64,000 nt of DNA from sequence record AP025670.1. One strand, written 5' to 3'. Of the stretch, positions 42,383 to 52,765 are shown in pieces. Each line of letters opens with the position of its first letter. Within the stretch, counting starts at the first letter, position 1. Under the pieces are notes generated by a model. The model searched no databases and was not told the origin of the DNA. It saw nothing but the letters and a program-made list of their open reading frames with translations. Origin of the DNA: a plasmid. Position numbers and translations under genes: made by a program.

Positions 42383-42493
42383 CGAACACCTCCTTTTGGT
42401 CGGTTCACGGCAATGCATATACCGTTTCGCCGAGTTCAATCCGCGCGCTGCGAATCCGATGCCGGTGCCGTAGAACATTGGGTCGATATCCGA

Positions 42494-43132
42494 TCACGGT
42501 GTCCTAGATGACATGGTCTGCAACAGATGTCGATTAAACTCCTGGCCCAAGCCGAAAGCCTCGTGGACACTGACGATCGCCAATCCTTCCAATCCTTGAT
42601 GCTTGGAGGCCCAGTCTTCCGCCGTCGGGACAGATGCAAAGAAATGTACATGGCAACAGAAGGACTGACGAACGTCGGCTGCTTCCTGCGGCAATACCAA
42701 GGACACCGCCATGCCGGCAGGTTCGACAGCCTGTATCTCGCTGGGTGAAACCGTGAGTGAAACGGGTGCTCCGGTTGCAGCGCAATGCGATGAGACGCGA
42801 GCTGTACGGCCGATCAGCGCCGGAAATATCAAGGTGTCCAGCGCGCACCAGGCATACAGACGGCGGTCGTCAATTTCAAAGACATACGAAGTCTCGCGCA
42901 AGGTGAGGCCGTAGCCGATGATGTTCCCATCTTTGTCATATTCGGTACTGGTGGCCTGTTCGAGTACGGCGGCCACTCGCTCAGCGGGCCAGTCGAGAAT
43001 CCCGGCAAGTGTCGTTCGTGAAACCGGACGCCCCTTGGCGAGTTCCCGCAGTAGCGGGACCAAGAGATCCGCAGTACCATTGGTACGATTGACCGAAGTG
43101 AGACGTTCTAAAATATATGGGGCGAGCTTCAT
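42494..43132 (-). CDS. merB: organomercurial lyase MerB
   Basis: [36 protein letters not shown]... matches pDU1358-type MerB. Start set at MKLAPY. Confidence 0.8.
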
Positions 43133-43146
43133 GGTTCCATCTCCTT

Positions 43147-44895
<1,749 letters not shown>

Positions 44896-44903
44896 TCAGT
44901 GCC

Positions 44904-45179
44904 TCACTTCTTGACGCTGGACGGATAGCCCGCGTCTTCGGTGGCCTTGGTCAGCTTCTGCACGCTGGTCTTGGCATCATCGAAGGTGACAACCGCTTCG
45001 CGTGTCTCGAAGGTCACGTTAACTTTGCTGACGCCTTCGACCTTGGAAATCGCCTTCTTAACGGTGATCGGACAAGCGGAGCAGGTCATGCCCGGTACGG
45101 ACAGCGTGACGGTCTGGGTGGCGGCCCACACGGGGGCAACAACGGCAGCGATGGCGAGAGAGGCAAACAGTTTTTTCAT
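44904..45179 (-). CDS. merP: periplasmic mercury-binding protein MerP
   Basis: 91 aa with a signal peptide and GMTCSACPITV. Note: no merC lies between merP and merA. Confidence 0.9.
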   Translation of the reverse strand: MKKLFASLAIAAVVAPVWAATQTVTLSVPGMTCSACPITVKKAISKVEGVSKVNVTFETREAVVTFDDAKTSVQKLTKATEDAGYPSSVKK

Positions 45180-45194
45180 GATGAACTCCTGTGA

Positions 45195-45545
45195 TTAATA
45201 GAAAAATGGCATGACGTAGGGAAATCCGAGCGCGACCAGAACCAGCGCGGCCACGACCCAGAAAATGAGCTTGTAAGTAGCGCGCACTTGGGGAATCGCA
45301 CACACATCCCCTGGTTTGCAGGCTTGCGCCGGTCGGTAGATGCGCCGCCAGGCGAAAAACAGCGCCACCAACGCCGCGCCGATGAAGATCGGGCGATAAG
45401 GTTCCAACACCGTCAAGTTGCCGATCCAAGCGCCGCTGAACCCCAGGGCGATCAGAACCAGCGGCCCCAGGCAGCAAGCCGAGGCGAGGATGGCGGCTAG
45501 CCCGCCAGTGAAGAGCGCCCCGCGCCCGTTTTGAGGTTCAGACAT
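45195..45545 (-). CDS. merT: mercuric ion transporter MerT
   Basis: 116 aa, …[22 protein letters not shown]… with a CC pair in the first transmembrane helix. Confidence 0.9.
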   Translation of the reverse strand: MSEPQNGRGALFTGGLAAILASACCLGPLVLIALGFSGAWIGNLTVLEPYRPIFIGAALVALFFAWRRIYRPAQACKPGDVCAIPQVRATYKLIFWVVAALVLVALGFPYVMPFFY

Positions 45546-45588
45546 ACGCTTGTCCTTTCAAATCTGGATTGGATAGCTTAAGCTTACT

Positions 45589-45606
45589 TCCGTACCAATG
45601 TACGGA
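45589..45606. promoter_or_regulatory. MerR operator dyad (TCCGTAC-N4-GTACGGA) in the divergent merR / merTPA promoter region
   Basis: ttccgtaccaatgtacgga lies between merT (minus strand) and merR (plus strand). Confidence 0.7.
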
Positions 45607-45616
45607 GTCAAGCGAT

Positions 45617-46051
45617 ATGGAAAAAAATTTGGAGAATCTGACTATTGGCGTTTTCGCCAAGGCGGCCGGGGTCAACGTGGAAACAATCCGGTTCTATCAG
45701 CGCAAGGGCTTGTTGCCGGAGCCGGACAAGCCCTATGGCAGCATCCGCCGCTATGGCGAGGCGGATGTGACGCGGGTGCGCTTCGTGAAATCAGCCCAGC
45801 GGCTCGGATTCAGCCTCGACGAGATCGCAGAGCTGCTGAGGCTGGATGACGGCACCCACTGCGAGGAAGCCAGCAGCCTGGCCGAGCACAAGCTTCAGGA
45901 CGTGCGCGAAAAAATGACCGACCTGGCGCGCATGGAAACCGTGCTATCCGAACTTGTGTTCGCCTGCCATGCGCGGCAAGGGAACGTTTCTTGCCCGCTG
46001 ATTGCTTCGCTGCAAGGGGAGAAAGAGCCGCGTGGTGCCGACGCGGTGTAG
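45617..46051 (+). CDS. merR: MerR Hg(II)-responsive transcriptional regulator
   Basis: [33 protein letters not shown]... with C-terminal Cys ligands. Start at the internal Met of the track ORF. Confidence 0.85.
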   Translation: MEKNLENLTIGVFAKAAGVNVETIRFYQRKGLLPEPDKPYGSIRRYGEADVTRVRFVKSAQRLGFSLDEIAELLRLDDGTHCEEASSLAEHKLQDVREKMTDLARMETVLSELVFACHARQGNVSCPLIASLQGEKEPRGADAV

Positions 46052-46084
46052 CCGAGGGTAGTTACGCCTTAGCGTGCTTTATTT

Positions 46085-47411
46085 AATGAGATGGTCACTC
46101 CCTCCTTCCCAGTACTATGCTGAGGACAGGCTTTCATTCGGAGAACCATCATGGAAAACATTGCGCTTATTGGTATCGATCTGGGTAAGAACTCTTTCCA
46201 TATTCATTGTCAGGATCATCGTGGGAAGGCCGTTTACCGTAAAAAATTCACCCGACCAAAGCTAATCGAATTTCTGGCGACATGCCCGGCAACAACCATC
46301 GCGATGGAAGCCTGTGGCGGTTCTCACTTTATGGCACGCAAGCTGGCAGAGTTAGGGCATTTTCCAAAGCTGATATCACCGCAATTTGTCCGCCCATTCG
46401 TTAAAAGCAACAAAAATGACTTCGTTGATGCTGAAGCTATCTGTGAAGCAGCATCACGTCCATCTATGCGTTTCGTGCAGCCCAGAACCGAATCTCAGCA
46501 GGCAATGCGAGCTCTGCATCGTGTCCGTGAATCCCTGGTTCAGGATAAGGTGAAAACAACTAATCAGATGCATGCTTTTCTGCTGGAATTTGGTATCAGC
46601 GTTCCGCGAGGTGCTGCCGTTATTAGTCGACTGAGTACCCTTCTTGAGGACAGTAGTTTGCCTCTTTATCTCAGCCAGTTACTGCTGAAATTACAACAGC
46701 ATTATCACTATCTTGTTGAGCAGATTAAAGATCTGGAATCTCAGTTGAAACGAAAGTTGGACGAAGATGAGGTTGGACAGCGCTTGCTGAGTATTCCCTG
46801 CGTTGGAACGCTGACTGCCAGTACTATTTCAACTGAGATTGGCGACGGGAAGCAGTACGCCAGCAGCCGTGACTTTGCGGCGGCAACAGGGCTGGTACCC
46901 CGACAGTACAGCACGGGAGGTCGGACGACATTGTTAGGGATTAGCAAGCGGGGCAACAAAAAGATCCGAACTTTGTTGGTTCAGTGTGCCAGGGTATTCA
47001 TACAAAAACTGGAACACCAGTCTGGCAAGTTGGCCGACTGGGTCAGGGAGTTGTTGTGTCGGAAAAGCAACTTTGTCGTCACCTGTGCTCTGGCAAACAA
47101 GCTGGCCAGAATAGCCTGGGCACTGACGGCGCGACAGCAAACTTACGAAGCATAAAGGCAGAAATACACCAGTTTAAACAATCATTCATCTGGTTTTGCG
47201 AATACTGATATTGATGATACTAACGGCCCACCGGCCTGTTGAGGAACCTGTAAAACGGAAAGGCTCATTGAAGCCGTATATTTTCTGGAGGTTCATCAGG
47301 CGCGGAACTCATCGAGGCGCGGGAATAAAATCCCATTCAGACGCCGGATAGATTCAAGCAAGCCAACTTGTCGTCAAAATCGGTGTTGCAAAAACGGGAG
47401 TGACCATAGAT
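46085..47411 (+). mobile_element. IS5075/IS4321-like IS110-family element (1327 bp) inserted in IRmer
   Basis: Exactly 1327 bp lie between the two IR halves. Encodes an IS110-family transposase. This IS group is known to target the 38-bp IRs of Tn21-family transposons. Confidence 0.8.
46151..47155 (+). CDS. tnp: IS110-family (IS1111 group) transposase
   Basis: 334 aa, MENIALIGIDLGKNSFHIHCQD..., DEDD-type N-terminus typical of IS110. Confidence 0.85.
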   Translation: MENIALIGIDLGKNSFHIHCQDHRGKAVYRKKFTRPKLIEFLATCPATTIAMEACGGSHFMARKLAELGHFPKLISPQFVRPFVKSNKNDFVDAEAICEAASRPSMRFVQPRTESQQAMRALHRVRESLVQDKVKTTNQMHAFLLEFGISVPRGAAVISRLSTLLEDSSLPLYLSQLLLKLQQHYHYLVEQIKDLESQLKRKLDEDEVGQRLLSIPCVGTLTASTISTEIGDGKQYASSRDFAAATGLVPRQYSTGGRTTLLGISKRGNKKIRTLLVQCARVFIQKLEHQSGKLADWVRELLCRKSNFVVTCALANKLARIAWALTARQQTYEA

Positions 47412-47529
47412 TCCGTTTTCTGAGACGACCCCGAAATAGTCCCAACACCACAAACTTAGACCATCATGCAAAGTGGGGTATAAAGGGTGCCAGCCCCACC
47501 CCCGCAGTCCCCCTCGGCCACATTTCTGG

Positions 47530-47600
47530 CTTGCCCCGCGCTTTTCTTCTTTCTCTCTTTTTCTCTCTTTTTCTCTCTTTTTCTCTCTCTTTCTCAATCT
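47530..47600. repeat. pyrimidine-rich tandem repeat (tctctttttc)n
   Basis: ttcttctttctctctttttctctctttttctctctttttctctctctttctc. The overlapping ORFs 47337..47630, 47473..47706 and 47487..47681 are artefacts of this repeat. Confidence 0.7.
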
Positions 47601-47746
47601 AATCTCACACGCGAAGGTCAAACAGGACACCCGCCGACGCGAAGCGGAGGCGTATTCTTGCCCCTCCCCCTCGTTGCATGATGGTCTAAAGCTGTCTACT
47701 ATGTAACCAATGATCTGTTAGAACAAACCCACACATAGGCGGCAAC

Positions 47747-48622
47747 ATGGCTAAAAACTTCATATCAGAACAATTCTCGGCCATGTGCCGCGACTTAACG
47801 AACCTGTCCTCCCTTATCAAACGACTACCGCCACGGTACGCAAAAGTTGCGGCCATCCCTCCTACCAGAAAAGGAATGGAGAACGAGCCCGTCAACAAGA
47901 TTGTCGTAACTGAACAAACTGGCCGCGAAGCTCTTGAACTGGCAGCGCACAGCTACAGAGATCTTCACATCAACCCAGACTATTCGCAGAAGTCTGCCAG
48001 GCGCACCGTGGGGGTACTCTGGTTCTCCCCTTCCAGGATTGGTGTAGCTGACGAAATTGCGGCGACGGTTGAACGCATCAACGCGGCCAAAGCTGGTATC
48101 GAGGAGTTCATTATCTCGACGTACCCCACCAGGCAAGAAAGGTTTGAAGCACTTCGAGCGGACTGTCCTGGCGTCATGACTCTCCACCTTTACAGACAAA
48201 TTCGGTGCTATACCAATGGCGACATCGACTCTATCCGCTTCACCTGGCAACGGAAGGACTCCTTGAAGAAGCCCGTAAAAGAGGAGCTTTTGCAACGCAT
48301 CAGAGAGGAGCTGGAGCGTTCTGGGCCAGACTATCAACTTCCCCTGGAGCAGCTTATCCAGAAGATCGCCAGCACCCCGGAGCCTTATCTCCGGGAACGA
48401 AGGGAAGTAAAGGTTCAGCCAGTGGCAAACGTCATGGCCGCAGGGGTACTCAAAACCGTTACCGCGCCAATGCCTCTGATCGTGCTCCAGGATAAGGAGG
48501 TTCAGCTCAAATTGCTTCGTAGCTTTGACGCCTCAGAACAACGCAAAACCCGATCTGATAAAGCGGCATCGGAAATCCTTGGCACCTTCGGTGGAGTCAC
48601 CATCGAATCCTTCCCTGGATGA
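47747..48622 (+). CDS. tus: Tus-like replication terminus-binding protein homolog
   Basis: 291 aa, collinear similarity to E. coli Tus. [26 protein letters not shown] versus [54 protein letters not shown] versus KVQPIARVWYKGDQKQVQH..PTPLIALINRD. Confidence 0.55.
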   Translation: [291 protein letters not shown]

Positions 48623-48774
48623 ACCAGCGTGACCACGTAACAAGGCTCTTCCGCAGGCGGAAGGGCTTTGTACCACCCAAACAATTCCAATCGACAGCAG
48701 TATGATATATAATTATGATAATTACCGTATTACCGTAATTATCATAAACATTACAAATTGAAAGGAACGTTCTC

Positions 48775-49815
48775 ATGGCAAGAAAATTGGTTGAGTTTGA
48801 CGATGTAGCGGCTGCGGCCCAGAAGCTCAAGGACGCCGGTAAACGCCCAACGGTCATCGCTATCAGAGACATCATTGGCAAGGGGAGCTTTACCACCATT
48901 TCAACGTATCTCAAACAGTGGTCAGAGGAACACTCCCTCGATGAGGAGCCGGTAGAGGTAGTCCTTCCAGAATCGGTTATGAGTGATGCTGAGCTCTTCC
49001 TACAGAAGATCTATACGGTAGCCAAAGCAAGCGCCGATGAGCAGCTTGAGCGCGAGCGTGAACTGCTACGACAGAAAGAGCTTGAGTACCAGGAAGATAT
49101 GCAGCAAGCCGTGGACATGGCAAATGATGCCACCGAACGGGCTGAACTACTGGAAGAACAACTTGAAGCTCTCACCAACAAAAAAACAGAGCTCGATGCG
49201 GCCCTTGGTAAGGCAGAAAACTCGCTATCCCTCAAGTCTGCGGAGCTAGAACGCTCACTGGCTGACATTGATAAGTTGGAAAAGCGGATCGTTGAGTTGG
49301 AAGGCAAGCTGGAGGCGAAAGCCGCAGATCTGACCCGAGCACAGGATCACCTGGAGCAAGCTGAAAGCGAAAATCGCTCTTTGAGCCAAAAATTGGCAAC
49401 TACAGAGGGTGAGTTGGAGGTGCAAAAAGGCAAGAGTATAGAGCAGACAGAAAAGCTCCGAGCCGCTCAGGAACAAAATACATCGTTGAAAGAGCAGCTC
49501 GAAAATGTACAGGCCAAACTGGCCCAATCACAGGACTCCCTTGCCACAGCCAAAGCTCATGGCGAATCCGCTGAACGAGAGTGCCAGCGCCTATCTGGAG
49601 AGGTAGAAAAGCTGGACGCCAAATTATCCAGCGCCGAAGCAGAAGCTCGCGCTCTTGTTCAAGACAAAGGCATGATGGCTGGTCAGTTGCAGGAAAAAGA
49701 CCAGCAGGCCAAGAGCCTCGAACAAAGACTCAATGATGCACTGACCAAAATTTCTGGGTTGGAGCAAGAGCTAGTTAAAGCTGGTAAGGGAGGGAAAAAG
49801 AAAGAGGAAAACTGA
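48775..49815 (+). CDS. kfrA: KfrA-like plasmid DNA-binding coiled-coil protein
   Basis: N-terminal KfrA_N-type domain (KRPTVIAIRDIIGKGSFTTISTYLKQW), then ~250 aa of heptad-rich, E/K/Q-rich coiled coil. Confidence 0.7.
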   Translation: MARKLVEFDDVAAAAQKLKDAGKRPTVIAIRDIIGKGSFTTISTYLKQWSEEHSLDEEPVEVVLPESVMSDAELFLQKIYTVAKASADEQLERERELLRQKELEYQEDMQQAVDMANDATERAELLEEQLEALTNKKTELDAALGKAENSLSLKSAELERSLADIDKLEKRIVELEGKLEAKAADLTRAQDHLEQAESENRSLSQKLATTEGELEVQKGKSIEQTEKLRAAQEQNTSLKEQLENVQAKLAQSQDSLATAKAHGESAERECQRLSGEVEKLDAKLSSAEAEARALVQDKGMMAGQLQEKDQQAKSLEQRLNDALTKISGLEQELVKAGKGGKKKEEN

Positions 49816-50093
49816 TGGCGCGAAAGGCTAAATATTCAGAAGAGTGGCGACACAGAGCTGCGGCTCTTCAAACCAAGATTGAGGAGGCTATGACACTAGC
49901 CGCCTCATCTATTGGCGACTATCGCTGGTTACACCGTCTCCATAGTTGGGTTACGGAGGTGGCTCAAGGTAAAGCCCCAGACTGGTGGACAGATCTGGAT
50001 TGTGAAGTATCCCTCCCCCGAGAAGAAAAGCGGATCAGCACGTTCCTCTCGACACAAAAGAAGCGCATCACTCTCCAGATGTGTTTGTCGTAG
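49815..50093 (+). CDS. hypothetical protein
   Basis: 92-aa ORF, translationally coupled to kfrA. Confidence 0.3.
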   Translation: MARKAKYSEEWRHRAAALQTKIEEAMTLAASSIGDYRWLHRLHSWVTEVAQGKAPDWWTDLDCEVSLPREEKRISTFLSTQKKRITLQMCLS

Positions 50094-50101
50094 GGGGCCT
50101 C

Positions 50102-51613
50102 ATGAAACAACTTCCTCCTGACACACCAGAACAATCACTGATCACTCAGTACAAAGGGCCTCGCCTTGTCGTTAAGGCCTACGCTGGAACGGGTAAAACC
50201 ACGACACTGGTGAAGTACGCCCACAACAACCTCGATTCACGTATCCTCTACTTGGCATACAACCGGGCTATCCGCGATGAGGCAAGAGAAAAGTTTCCTG
50301 CAAACGTAGACTGCAAAACGTCCCACCAGCTTGCCTACGCCACTATAGGACGGGGCTACCAGCACAAGCTCTCCGGCAACCTAAGGCTCACCGATATTGC
50401 CCAAGCGGTGAATACCAAGAACTGGACGTTTGCCAAAGATATTCTCGATACGCTCAACGCCTTTATGTGCAGTGCAGACATGCGGATTCTTTATACGCAT
50501 TTTGCTCGCGCCGATACGGGTAAAGTGCTTACGTCCAAACAGGAGAGATACCAAATCCAGGTAGTCGAAGGTGCTGAGCTCATATGGAAACGGATGACAA
50601 ACGTTCAAGATCCGTTCCCGACCGTACACGACTGCTACCTCAAACAGTATCAGCTCGGGATGCCGAATCTGTCTCGCCGGTACACCACCATTCTTTTTGA
50701 TGAGGCACAAGACGCTAACCCCGTAACAAGTAGCATCGTCCTACAGCAGAACTGCAAGGTAATCCTGGTTGGAGATCGCCACCAGCAGATCTATAGGTTC
50801 AGAGGCGCAAACAACGCCCTTGATAGCAAAGAGCTCATGAACGCCGACCAACTCTATCTCACTCATAGCTTCCGCTTTGGCCCTAACGTTTCCCTGGTGG
50901 CAAACGCCCTTCTTGAACTCAAAGGTGAAACACGACCTGTTGTTGGCCGGGGACCAGCAGATCAGGTAGTCATGTTTTTACCAGGTGATGTGGGCCATCG
51001 CGCAATACTTCACCGAACCGTCATGGGGGTTATAGAGACGGCGCTCTCTGCGACCGAATCCGGAGCGAAGGTTTTCTGGGTCGGTGGAATCGACGCTTAC
51101 CAGATCAATGAGCTCCAGGATTTGTACTGGTTTTCGATGGCAGAGCCAGACCGGGTAAAGAATAAGAAACTGCTTGATGAGTATGAAGACTACTTCGAGT
51201 ATCAAGAAGTAGCGAAGGCGACCAAAGACCCTGAGATGATGAGGGCTGTCAAGATCATCAACAGCTACGATGAAATCCCTGAACGACTCACCACTCTACG
51301 ACGCAATACAGTCAAAGAAGAGTTTGGGGCTGACATTACGGTCTCAACAGCTCATCGGTGCAAAGGGTTGGAGTGGGACTTTGTTCAGCTCTATGACGAC
51401 TTTCCGGATGTCCTGGACCCAGAGCTCGACCCAATGGCCCGTGACGATGAAATAAACCTGCTCTACGTTGCATCCACCAGAGCGATGCGAATCCTTGCGT
51501 TGAACAGCGCTGTCGAGATGGTTATCCGCTACATCACCCAAAAACGCATGGTCGAGAAGCAGATGAAGATGGCCGCAGAAGCGACAGAAGTTGAAGAGGA
51601 CACGACCAAATAG
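50102..51613 (+). CDS. small UvrD/Rep-like SF1 DNA helicase (backbone copy)
   Basis: AYAGTGKTT, RILYLAYN, DEAQD and VSTAHRCKGLEW. Homologous to 13857..15392. Start at the Met preceded by AGGGGG. Confidence 0.7.
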   Translation: MKQLPPDTPEQSLITQYKGPRLVVKAYAGTGKTTTLVKYAHNNLDSRILYLAYNRAIRDEAREKFPANVDCKTSHQLAYATIGRGYQHKLSGNLRLTDIAQAVNTKNWTFAKDILDTLNAFMCSADMRILYTHFARADTGKVLTSKQERYQIQVVEGAELIWKRMTNVQDPFPTVHDCYLKQYQLGMPNLSRRYTTILFDEAQDANPVTSSIVLQQNCKVILVGDRHQQIYRFRGANNALDSKELMNADQLYLTHSFRFGPNVSLVANALLELKGETRPVVGRGPADQVVMFLPGDVGHRAILHRTVMGVIETALSATESGAKVFWVGGIDAYQINELQDLYWFSMAEPDRVKNKKLLDEYEDYFEYQEVAKATKDPEMMRAVKIINSYDEIPERLTTLRRNTVKEEFGADITVSTAHRCKGLEWDFVQLYDDFPDVLDPELDPMARDDEINLLYVASTRAMRILALNSAVEMVIRYITQKRMVEKQMKMAAEATEVEEDTTK

Positions 51614-51620
51614 TTTGGTC
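51604..51620. terminator. hairpin gaccaaatagtttggtc at the helicase stop
   Basis: A 7-bp perfect inverted repeat that includes the TAG stop. No strong T-run. Confidence 0.3.
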
Positions 51621-51624
51621 AATT

Positions 51625-51640
51625 CTTTCACATGTGAAAG
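51625..51640. promoter_or_regulatory. 16-bp palindrome CTTTCACATGTGAAAG 84 bp upstream of traF (copy 1 of 2)
   Basis: Perfect palindrome, identical to 58352-58367. Candidate operator for a conjugation regulator. Confidence 0.4.
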
Positions 51641-51723
51641 TTGACAAATAAAACGCTCTAAGCGCCCTAAATGGGCGCTTACACCTGCCTAATTTCACGC
51701 CTCCCACCTCTACCATATCGAGC

Positions 51724-52764
51724 ATGGGAAAATACGTGCGTGAGACTATGAAAAAATCACCTTTGAATTTACTGCTCCTTGCAGCGCTCACGCTGGGGGC
51801 ATCACACCAGGCTTGGGCTCAAGATGGCACAAGACCTGGTTTTTATGAGCGAAAGGAAGAGGGTTGGTTCTGGTACAAGGAAGAGCCCAAAGAACCAGAG
51901 AAAAAACCCGAAAAGCCCAAACCAAAGCCTGTGGCAGAAGCGAAGCCTACACAGCCTAAGCCTGCTGCTCCGCTTCCGAGCGGCCCAGAAATGTTCTCAG
52001 CGGAATGGTTCCGGGAAAACTTACCCAAGTACAAAGACCTTGCTTGGAACAACCCTACCGTTGAAAACGTCAGGACGTTTCTCTACTTGCAACGATTTGC
52101 GATAGATCGCTCTGAACAATTTTCCGATGCTACAGAGCTGGCGGTCGTGGGTGATCCGTTCCTGGATGAAATTACTCGACGTCCTGCTGCCACGTTTGCC
52201 TCACAACAGGTTGATCGTGACGCTGGCAACGCAAAAAACAAGCTACTGAAAAGCGTGGCTGACCGCGTAGGGATATTCTTCTTTTACAAGTCCGACGACG
52301 ACTACAGTGACTTGCAAGCACCGCTCATCAAGATGCTGGAGCAAGGTGAAGGCTTCTCGATCATTCCAGTTTCTATGGACGGCAAACCTCTCCCCAGCGG
52401 GCTTTTCCCCCATTACAAGACCGATGAAGGCCATGCCAAACAACTTGGCATCGTGACTTTCCCTGCTGTTTACCTCGCATCTCCAGACGGTCAGTTCGCT
52501 CCTATAGGACAAGGCCCAATGTCTCTTCCTGAGCTGAATCACAGGATTTTGGTCGCAGCAAAACGCAACGGTTGGGTCACAGACGAAGAGTTCAACCGTA
52601 CACGTCCGGTACTCAACCTGGAAAACAACATAGCCGAACGCTTGGCCTCACCAGAGCTGGGCTCTGACCTCAAACAGCTATCTCAAGCGAGCGGCGATAA
52701 AGACAACTTTGTGCCACCGGAACAACTCATGAAGTACATCCGGGACAAATTACAGGAGAACTAA
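51724..52764 (+). CDS. traF: F-type conjugative pilus assembly protein TraF (thioredoxin-like)
   Basis: 346 aa with a signal peptide. Position and order traF-traH-traG as in the IncA/C and SXT/R391 MPF-F systems. Low-complexity PEKKPEKPKPKP linker. Confidence 0.65.
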   Translation: MGKYVRETMKKSPLNLLLLAALTLGASHQAWAQDGTRPGFYERKEEGWFWYKEEPKEPEKKPEKPKPKPVAEAKPTQPKPAAPLPSGPEMFSAEWFRENLPKYKDLAWNNPTVENVRTFLYLQRFAIDRSEQFSDATELAVVGDPFLDEITRRPAATFASQQVDRDAGNAKNKLLKSVADRVGIFFFYKSDDDYSDLQAPLIKMLEQGEGFSIIPVSMDGKPLPSGLFPHYKTDEGHAKQLGIVTFPAVYLASPDGQFAPIGQGPMSLPELNHRILVAAKRNGWVTDEEFNRTRPVLNLENNIAERLASPELGSDLKQLSQASGDKDNFVPPEQLMKYIRDKLQEN

Positions 52765-52765
52765 G

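Larger units (their letters stand above)
46068..47432. repeat. Tn1696/Tn5036-type 38-bp IRmer split into 17-bp and 21-bp halves by the IS insertion
   Basis: cttagcgtgctttattt (46068-46084) plus tccgttttctgagacgacccc (47412-47432) together form the reverse complement of GGGGTCGTCTCAGAAAACGGAAAATAAAGCACGCTAAG. Confidence 0.75.

Noticed and set aside
40900-42511. ORFs 40900..41931, 41974..42507 and 41987..42511 overlapping urf2, merE and merD, plus the 491-aa N-terminally extended version of urf2
   Set aside because: The urf2 extension reads through merE/merD in another frame. The true urf2 starts at MSASQPIEW (41787). The others are antisense artefacts.
46741-47208. ORFs 46741..46959, 46934..47140 and 46984..47208 within the IS110-family element
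   Set aside because: They are antisense or alternative-frame ORFs inside the transposase gene.
47337-47706. Track ORFs 47337..47630, 47473..47706 and 47487..47681 encoding KREKER / SLFLSL low-complexity peptides
   Set aside because: They are translation artefacts of the (tctctttttc)n microsatellite. Also considered and rejected as a CRISPR array, because the units are contiguous 10-bp repeats without spacers.
51625-51640. Interpretation of the TTTCACATGTGAAA palindrome as a CRP site
   Set aside because: CRP needs TGTGA-N6-TCACA. Here the half-sites are inverted and separated by only 2 bp.
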